64,000 nt of DNA, taken from a virus. Lineage: Duplodnaviria; Heunggongvirae; Uroviricota; Caudoviricetes. Positions 57,099 through 64,000 of the stretch are shown here, in pieces. The stretch's first letter is position 1. Each line of letters begins with the position of its first letter. The notes beneath the pieces were generated by a model. The model had not been told where the DNA came from. It made no database searches and worked only from the letters and a program-made list of their open reading frames with translations. The stretch lies in IMG/VR virus record IMGVR_UViG_3300013307_000015, one strand, 5' to 3'. The position numbers and the translations under genes were made by a program.

Positions 57099-59219
57099 TC
57101 AATGCTGCACGCCCTTGTAGACCATCGAAATGAGTCGACCCGGAGGCGTGTTACCCGCCCAGCTTGCCCAGTGAGCCCAGCTCGACCATGTGCTGAAATT
57201 CGCCATGGTCTTTGTCAGGTTCAGCTTGTACTTGCGCCAAGCGTAAATCTGATCTGCCAAGCCCATACCACCCAGCACAGCCATGTAGTCGGTAAAGACG
57301 GTGTCTTCATCGAACGCGCCTGCTGCAATAGCACCCAGTCCGAAACCGCCGGCTGCACCTACCACTCCAGCCAAGGCTCCACCAGCAATGGCTCCAGCGG
57401 CTGCCGCCGAGAAGCTGATACCTTGTGCGATCGGCATATGCAGCACACTGGACAGATCCTTCACTGTAAAGGAGACGTCGATTGCCATCACGTGTCCTTC
57501 ATTGGTAAAGCCCAGGTTGCCCGTGCCTCGTGTGACCGACATGGAATCCACGATTGCCAGCCGCGACTGCTGACGACCTTTGTCGTAGATTTCGATCAGG
57601 AAGGGCGAGGTGTAAGACTGCTTGCCCGTCGAGAGCGGCAGAGCAAGAGCCAGCAAACAAGCCAGCGGGATGTGGATGTTCATCATCTGGCTCATCGGGT
57701 TGCCGTACGGACTCACCAAGTTGATGGTGTACGACATCGATTTACCATACGTCGACGATGAAGACTCCCAGTGCTCCGGGATATCCACAAACGCAGCACC
57801 AGCAAGCGCTGCCAGACCCGAGACTTGCAGTTGGTCTGCTACCCCGCGCACTACGTCCACCGCTGCGTTGGCCACTGCACCAACCAGCTTGCCAACCGGA
57901 CCACCGACCAGATCACCATTGGCCAAGTCGAAGTTCGTGCTGCGCGACGAACTGGACATGCTGTTGATCTTGTTGGCAATTTCCGACGGAGCAGTCGACG
58001 AAGAGAACGATTCACTCACCGAACCCGTTGCGTTCACTCGGAAGCAGACGAATTCCGAGCCATCGTCCATTTCAGCATTGAAGAATTCCTTCAAGCCGTC
58101 GTCTGCGGTAGCGGAGGTGATGAGACTTTCCACCGACGAGTCCGGGTCTTGCGCAGCGGTTGTGGCCGAGGCATCACTACCCGATGCATCCACCGAAGTG
58201 GTGGAAGTAGGCGTGGTTGGCTGACCATACGCAGTACCGGAAATCGAGCTATCTTGATTGCCGGATGCATCCACGCTGCCTGCCCACTTGGCCAGATACG
58301 TCTGAAAGTCAGGCGGCGAATCCGAATACGTCTCCGACATCACCTGCGAGAATGCATTGGTGAGGTCTTGCCCGCTCGACAGAATCGATTCAGAAGCCGC
58401 TTGCTCCAGCGCTTGATACATGCGGTGCTGCAAACGCATCGCACGCGTAGCCATCGCGTAGACGTTGATTTCACCACCCTCGGTGAAAATGTCAGGGGAG
58501 GCTGCGTTAAACGCAGCGCGTGCGGCATCATCCCACTGGTAGTCTTGCGAGAGATCGACTTTCTCGCCATTGGCATCCACCACCAAGGAGCTACCGCCAA
58601 TCGATTGCGGATTGCCACCCAGACGCGGCACAATGCCGCGATTGACTGCGATCTGGTTGACGATTGTCTGCACCGCGTTCCAGTAAAGCGGCATCGTCGG
58701 TTTCAGGTAGTAGAACTTGGACGAAGGCTTACCGAGGAAGAACCGGTAGCCAATACCCAGCAGGTGAACAGCAAGCGGCAACCAGTTCATTATTGTCACT
58801 GCAAAACCTACCGCACGACCCAAGGCGTAGAACACACCCGTGGAGCGACCCGTGCGTGCCAACTGACCAGCACCTGTATTGTAGAAGCCCGTGAAGAAGG
58901 TGGTCAAGGAGTTGAACTCTGGCACTCCTGCACGGATAAAAATCAGCTGACTGTTGTCGTCGATGTTTTCGCTGTACCAGCGACCCTGACCGATACTGCC
59001 AGCCAGTCGTTGCTTAGCCGGTCGCAGATCCGCACTACGCGTAAATTGCGGTGGCGGATTGATGGCAAAGTTGCCACCAAGCGACGTATCGGTGAATTTG
59101 GTTTGATTGGTTGAGAACGTCCGGCGGACGATGTCTCCGCTTGAATCCAACGCCGAATTCGGAACAGCAAAGGACTGCCGAATCCAGCTTACGTCCTTCA
59201 CCATGTACGGACTTACCAT
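57099..59219 (-). CDS. Baseplate/tail structural protein (phiKZ gp182-like)
   Basis: KFTDTSLGGN..INPPPQFTR.AD, G.GR.YSE.IDDN, FYYLKPTM.LYW, SYTSPF; follows the tail transglycosylase gene. Confidence 0.8.
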   Translation of the reverse strand: MVSPYMVKDVSWIRQSFAVPNSALDSSGDIVRRTFSTNQTKFTDTSLGGNFAINPPPQFTRSADLRPAKQRLAGSIGQGRWYSENIDDNSQLIFIRAGVPEFNSLTTFFTGFYNTGAGQLARTGRSTGVFYALGRAVGFAVTIMNWLPLAVHLLGIGYRFFLGKPSSKFYYLKPTMPLYWNAVQTIVNQIAVNRGIVPRLGGNPQSIGGSSLVVDANGEKVDLSQDYQWDDAARAAFNAASPDIFTEGGEINVYAMATRAMRLQHRMYQALEQAASESILSSGQDLTNAFSQVMSETYSDSPPDFQTYLAKWAGSVDASGNQDSSISGTAYGQPTTPTSTTSVDASGSDASATTAAQDPDSSVESLITSATADDGLKEFFNAEMDDGSEFVCFRVNATGSVSESFSSSTAPSEIANKINSMSSSSRSTNFDLANGDLVGGPVGKLVGAVANAAVDVVRGVADQLQVSGLAALAGAAFVDIPEHWESSSSTYGKSMSYTINLVSPYGNPMSQMMNIHIPLACLLALALPLSTGKQSYTSPFLIEIYDKGRQQSRLAIVDSMSVTRGTGNLGFTNEGHVMAIDVSFTVKDLSSVLHMPIAQGISFSAAAAGAIAGGALAGVVGAAGGFGLGAIAAGAFDEDTVFTDYMAVLGGMGLADQIYAWRKYKLNLTKTMANFSTWSSWAHWASWAGNTPPGRLISMVYKGVQH

Positions 59220-59300
59220 TGCTTATCTCCAGCGGCATATTTAAAAAAGCAGGGAGAGCCTCGTCCCGTACTAGCGACAAGACCCTCCCATTACACACGA

Positions 59301-62300
59301 TTAGGAGAAGTTCGGCTTAGCCACCGAAATCGGAGCCCGTTTCATGGGTTGCGGCACGTTGGCTTGCGCCTTCGCTGCTGCATCCTGAGCATCCGATACT
59401 TGCCCAACTTGAGAAGCCTGTTGAGCTGCGTACTTCACCAGCAACTGCATCTGAGCCAGAATCTGCTTAGACACATCGAGGTGTTGCTGTGCAATCCCGC
59501 CATCAGGCAAAGCAGCCGGGTTGGCTACTGCTTGATTGCGTTGTGTGGCCAACAGATCCGTCGCTGAGCGCGTTGCAGTGGGTGAGAAGCCTGTACCCAT
59601 TGCTGCGGCCGGCCCCATTGCAGGCACGGCAAACGGATCTTGCGGAGCACCGCTCGGCTGAACCGGTACCTTGTTCATGGAGCCAGGTTTGCCCTGACCA
59701 CCCAAAGCATTGAATACCGTCACCGGAGGTTGGTTGCCCGTTCCCGTATCCGTTGGTGCCGGACCCGATGAACCACCGAAACCCATTGGTGCGCCAGTGC
59801 CTGAACTCGTCGGACTCGACGACTGCGGAACAGGACCGAAACGATCCCCGCCCTGCTTGTTCGTTTTGTTGGCTTCCACTGCCGCTTGCGCAGCCTTGGC
59901 TTCCGGCGTCAGTGCAACAGGCGACTTCCCAGCCGTGCTGCCTGCATCCGAGGCCGTCAACTTCTCACCACCTGCTTGGCCCACTCCGAACTGCTTACCC
60001 TTCGTCATGACAAGGTTGTTCAGATAAGCGACGACTTCTCCAACCGTACGAGGACGGCTACCTTCGTAGAAGATATTCGGATTGGCTTTCGCCTGAGCCG
60101 GCAGCAATTGCGCAGCGATGGTGCTCTTATCACCCTTGAGCAGCTTCACAGCTGTTCCTGCACCCAAGAAGTGTGCAGCGTAGACTTCACCCGGTGTGGG
60201 CATGCGACCCAAACCTTGACGCAAGGTCGAGATGTTGGCCTTGGTGAACTCCGCCCCCATCAGCGCATTGGCTTTGGGGTTCGTACGTGGCGTGCCCGGT
60301 GTGATGCCATACTTCCCACCGTACTTCTTCACCGTTTCATTCCACGTATCGGTGATGAACTGATACAACCCCGTTGCCGAGGACGTACCTGCTTTCACCG
60401 TGGCTCTGAAGCCCGACTCAATGGCAGCCATGACTGACATGAGTTGCGGATCCACCCCAACCATCTTGGAGGCAGCGTAGATCAGATCCTTCATGGCGGC
60501 GAAACTACCATCACCTTTCGGGTCAGGCAGATTGTTCAGAGAACCGCCCGTACCTTGAGTCGTGGCGTCCACTGGAGAACCGCTGCCTTGATACGAACTG
60601 CCGCCGCCACCAAAGAAGTTACTGACCGTATCCGAAGCTTTACCGAGCCAGTTCTTGTTACCCTTCTCATCGGTTGTCAATGACTTCCATTTCGAAGCGA
60701 ACCAGCCTGCGGCACCGCCCTGAGCTGCTGCACCCGAGCCACCCTTCTTGCTCTCCGTGTCGCCAGCACCCGGCACCCCTTTGATCTCGTCGAGCTTAGT
60801 CTTGGTGGCCTTTTCCTGCAAGCCCGCCAAGTTTTCATCCGTCGAGGATACATCGGTGTTTGCCTGATACTGAGGCCACGGCATTTGGGCTACTGACCAG
60901 ACACTCCCTCCTTGGCCATGTGCGGTTCGAATCGCTGCTGCAACATCCAGCATCTGATCCGGCTTAAGCGTCAGAAACGCTGCACGCGGATCATTCTTGC
61001 GAGCAGCACCACACACCGCTGTGAGGTAGTTCAGGTAAGTCGGCAAGAAGCGCATCTTGAACCAGCTGATCCAATTATACGCTTCAGTCGAGGCCGGACC
61101 ACTGACACCAAAAGCCGGTGCTTGTTCAGCAAACGTCTTCTGGAAGTCGCCCTTGTAGGTGGCGACGTATTTCGCATTGATGTCGACGTCCTTGAGCACG
61201 TTGTTCTCAAGTACCAGCAACGTCTTCACCTTCTCGATATTCATGTCCTTCAACCCGTAGGTCTTAAACCGAATCGTCGAGACGCCGTCGAGTGTGGAAC
61301 CCACGGACAGATGCGATGCGTCAAAATTGCCCTTCATCGTGACAATTGCACCAGCAGCGGATGTGCCTGCCTGACTACCGACATCCGTTCCAGCCAGATC
61401 CTTAATGGACTGCCAGTTCGACTGCGGTTCCTTTCTGCCAAGACCTTGGGCGACGGTCGCAGCAGCAGCAATGTCCTTCACGGTCTTAGGCTTTTGCTGG
61501 TTCGGGTTCTTCTCGGCTTCCGGAGCTTTCTGGACTTCTTCATCCACCTTCGCCATGAGAGTCTTGGCGTATTCGGCGACATCTGAATCAGAAGTTTCCA
61601 GTCCATCCATATCCGGGAAAGGTGCTTCCATGTACTTATACGGACCACCCGGCCACGAAGCCACCTGCAAGTACGCTTTCTTCTGGCCAGCTTTGAGCCC
61701 TTCAGCGTCCTTGAGCGACTTCATGTCTTCCTTCACCTTGTGCAGCGCAGCCATGTGCACCATGAATACCGGCTTAAAGCGCAGCGTGAACCATTGGACA
61801 AACTTCTGCATCTGTCCTTTGTTGTCTTTGTCCACGCCAAACGGTTCGAGGAGATCCTCATCCTTCAAACCCTTGGTGCCGAGAACCGGCTTACCCAAGC
61901 GGAACGTCACCAGCGGCTCCAGCATGTCTTCCAGCTTCCAGATGGCGTCTTGATGACCTTCATCCTTCGGCGAGAAACCGTACTGAATGTAGCGCAGCTT
62001 GGACAGATCAGTCAGCTTCTTACGGTTCAGGTATTTGATCCCCTTGTAGAGACCATAACCTGCTGCCCCAAGAATTGCACCACCAATCAACACCGGTGCA
62101 CCAACCAGACCAACCAACCCCGTCCCAATTGCACCTGCCAAGCCGAGTGCGCCACCTGAGATACCCATCAGGCTCGCTGCTGTGGAAGCCAGACCAATAC
62201 CCGTGGCTGCTGTACCGGCATAGCCGAGGTATTTGCCCAACGTCTTGTGACCGGACTTATTGGCGTAATGCTCTGCCACATCCAGTCCCAGCCCAAGCCC

Positions 62301-63998
62301 CAGACCTCCGCCCATCTTCGCCAGTCCCAATGCGCCGCGTCCAGCGAAACTACCGATGCGTCCCAGGTTTGTACCGATGTCACGCGCCATCCACGGCAAA
62401 CCACGCGTCACGCCCAGCTTACCCGCTTCCCACAACCCACGTCCACCCAGCCGCAAGCCGGCTCCAAGACCGCGTCCTGCCAGTCCCAAGCCACTCTTGG
62501 CCATACCCCACGTCGCAGCGTTGCCAGCCCGGTTCAGGTTGTACAGCTTACCTGCACCCGTCCATGCGCCCTTCAGACCCGAGAGCAACCCCTTACGAAC
62601 CTTAGCGCCCAAGCCGATCTTCTCGGCTGCCTTGCCGCCTGCGAGGGCGTCTCTAGCGAGCGCTTCTGCTTCGTGCTGTGGCAGACCTGCGGCCATTGCG
62701 GCATGCATGATCTCTTCAGCTTCTTGTGCAAGCTTCATGCCCTTGGCTGCTTTGAATGCCTCAGCCGTAGCCACGAAACCGGACTTACCGGCAGCCCGTG
62801 CTGCACCACCGGCTTTGAGCACATCACCCACACCTTGGAGCCCAGCTCGACCCAGTCCACCCAAGCCGCGAATGCCGCGACCGAGACCACGGAAGATCTT
62901 GCCACCCGGAATCAGGGAGAGTGCACTCAACGCCAAAGAGCCGTAGCCTGCCGCATCGGATGACGAACCGCCCTTGTCACCTTCGCCGTCCTTGATGCCT
63001 TTGCGCCTTTTCAGGAAGTCAAAGAGCGCTTTACCTACTGCGCCCAATGCACCGTAGATGGACATGCCACCTTCCTTAAATTTCGCAGCAGCTTCGCGTG
63101 CGACGTCGGCTGCGCTTTCGCCCTTAGCGACGTTACCTGCCAGTCCTTTTTTCTTCTGGTCTTCGTAACTACCCTCACGAATCCCATCTCCGTCGATGTC
63201 CCCTACTACACGACGCCGCTTGGGCAAGCGGCTATCCAGCAGGTCACGGATTTCCGTCAAGCGTTCAATGATGGTTTTGCCACCCGAGAACGCAATGCCG
63301 TCAACATGGAACCAGTTCTTGAAACCTTGCCACTTTCCGGACAGAAAGTCCTTGGCCATGTTAAAGCCGTTCTGGACTTTATTGAACGCCATTTGCATGG
63401 TGTCCTTGCCGAATTGCAGCAAACGCAGTTTGCCTGTGAGCAGGGGTCGACCCCACTTATCACAGATACCCGTGCGCAGGTCATTGTCCGTCAACACCTG
63501 ATCGCCTGACAAATTCACCACCGGGCCGTCAATGTCTGCCGGCGTCATGATGTACTTGTCGCGACGATGCATCGACCGGTAACCCCGTGCCCGCATGATG
63601 ACTGCTTGCAGTTTCGGAGTTTCCAGATTGTCCTTGGTGTAGACGTCTTGGGCATCGAGATGCTGCATGCCCTTGTTGACAGCACTACGCAATGCATCGC
63701 GCGCTGCGCCGTAGACAGACAGACCGCCTTGGAAACCTGCCTTGGCTTTATCCCAGACCCAGTCCTTGACAGCCAGCAACTTCTTGCCTGCCGTGGTTCG
63801 CACGAAAGCTTGGGCGGCTTGCTGCGGATCGAGGATCAGGTTGCCTTCCTCGTCGTAGACCGAACCCTTGATGTCCTTCCAGGATTTGATGAGCTTGCGT
63901 TTCGCATCCGTGACAGGGCCATCGTAGTACATTCCGGCTTTGAACCCCCAAGCCGTCAGGCGAGGTTTCAACTCACCCTCGATGTACACTTCCTTCAT
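59301..63998 (-). CDS. Giant tail-associated lytic transglycosylase/tape-measure-like protein (phiKZ gp181-like), 5'-truncated
   Basis: SLT motifs AAIESGF, SSATGLYQF...TW, Y.AHFLG; Gly/Ala/Leu-rich hydrophobic region; reading frame open to the window end. Confidence 0.88.
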   Translation of the reverse strand: MKEVYIEGELKPRLTAWGFKAGMYYDGPVTDAKRKLIKSWKDIKGSVYDEEGNLILDPQQAAQAFVRTTAGKKLLAVKDWVWDKAKAGFQGGLSVYGAARDALRSAVNKGMQHLDAQDVYTKDNLETPKLQAVIMRARGYRSMHRRDKYIMTPADIDGPVVNLSGDQVLTDNDLRTGICDKWGRPLLTGKLRLLQFGKDTMQMAFNKVQNGFNMAKDFLSGKWQGFKNWFHVDGIAFSGGKTIIERLTEIRDLLDSRLPKRRRVVGDIDGDGIREGSYEDQKKKGLAGNVAKGESAADVAREAAAKFKEGGMSIYGALGAVGKALFDFLKRRKGIKDGEGDKGGSSSDAAGYGSLALSALSLIPGGKIFRGLGRGIRGLGGLGRAGLQGVGDVLKAGGAARAAGKSGFVATAEAFKAAKGMKLAQEAEEIMHAAMAAGLPQHEAEALARDALAGGKAAEKIGLGAKVRKGLLSGLKGAWTGAGKLYNLNRAGNAATWGMAKSGLGLAGRGLGAGLRLGGRGLWEAGKLGVTRGLPWMARDIGTNLGRIGSFAGRGALGLAKMGGGLGLGLGLDVAEHYANKSGHKTLGKYLGYAGTAATGIGLASTAASLMGISGGALGLAGAIGTGLVGLVGAPVLIGGAILGAAGYGLYKGIKYLNRKKLTDLSKLRYIQYGFSPKDEGHQDAIWKLEDMLEPLVTFRLGKPVLGTKGLKDEDLLEPFGVDKDNKGQMQKFVQWFTLRFKPVFMVHMAALHKVKEDMKSLKDAEGLKAGQKKAYLQVASWPGGPYKYMEAPFPDMDGLETSDSDVAEYAKTLMAKVDEEVQKAPEAEKNPNQQKPKTVKDIAAAATVAQGLGRKEPQSNWQSIKDLAGTDVGSQAGTSAAGAIVTMKGNFDASHLSVGSTLDGVSTIRFKTYGLKDMNIEKVKTLLVLENNVLKDVDINAKYVATYKGDFQKTFAEQAPAFGVSGPASTEAYNWISWFKMRFLPTYLNYLTAVCGAARKNDPRAAFLTLKPDQMLDVAAAIRTAHGQGGSVWSVAQMPWPQYQANTDVSSTDENLAGLQEKATKTKLDEIKGVPGAGDTESKKGGSGAAAQGGAAGWFASKWKSLTTDEKGNKNWLGKASDTVSNFFGGGGSSYQGSGSPVDATTQGTGGSLNNLPDPKGDGSFAAMKDLIYAASKMVGVDPQLMSVMAAIESGFRATVKAGTSSATGLYQFITDTWNETVKKYGGKYGITPGTPRTNPKANALMGAEFTKANISTLRQGLGRMPTPGEVYAAHFLGAGTAVKLLKGDKSTIAAQLLPAQAKANPNIFYEGSRPRTVGEVVAYLNNLVMTKGKQFGVGQAGGEKLTASDAGSTAGKSPVALTPEAKAAQAAVEANKTNKQGGDRFGPVPQSSSPTSSGTGAPMGFGGSSGPAPTDTGTGNQPPVTVFNALGGQGKPGSMNKVPVQPSGAPQDPFAVPAMGPAAAMGTGFSPTATRSATDLLATQRNQAVANPAALPDGGIAQQHLDVSKQILAQMQLLVKYAAQQASQVGQVSDAQDAAAKAQANVPQPMKRAPISVAKPNFS

Positions 63999-64000
63999 GT

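Overview
64 kb segment of a phiKZ-like jumbo phage (Chimalliviridae-type gene set, moderately GC-rich; codon usage suggests a GC-rich proteobacterial host such as Burkholderia or Ralstonia, which is inference only). It carries a DnaB-like helicase, major capsid protein, a non-virion and a virion RNA polymerase beta fragment, probable portal, RuvC, spanin/holin-like genes, tail fibres, RNase H, SbcC, UvsX/RecA and the 3' part of a giant tail lytic transglycosylase. phiKZ gene numbers are assigned from recalled motifs and synteny, not from a search. Highlights: (1) an operon of five Tad1/Acb2-like signal-sponge paralogues with a 112-nt CCA-ended tRNA-like RNA embedded in it; (2) a candidate double-pseudoknot RNA directly after the capsid stop codon; (3) a genome-wide hairpin+TATGCC terminator signal whose orientation follows gene direction; (4) a PanD-like decarboxylase with an altered substrate pocket, an RNAP alpha-CTD mimic, a probable ATC start codon for the nvRNAP subunit, a Hint-domain tail protein and a possible second spanin pair.
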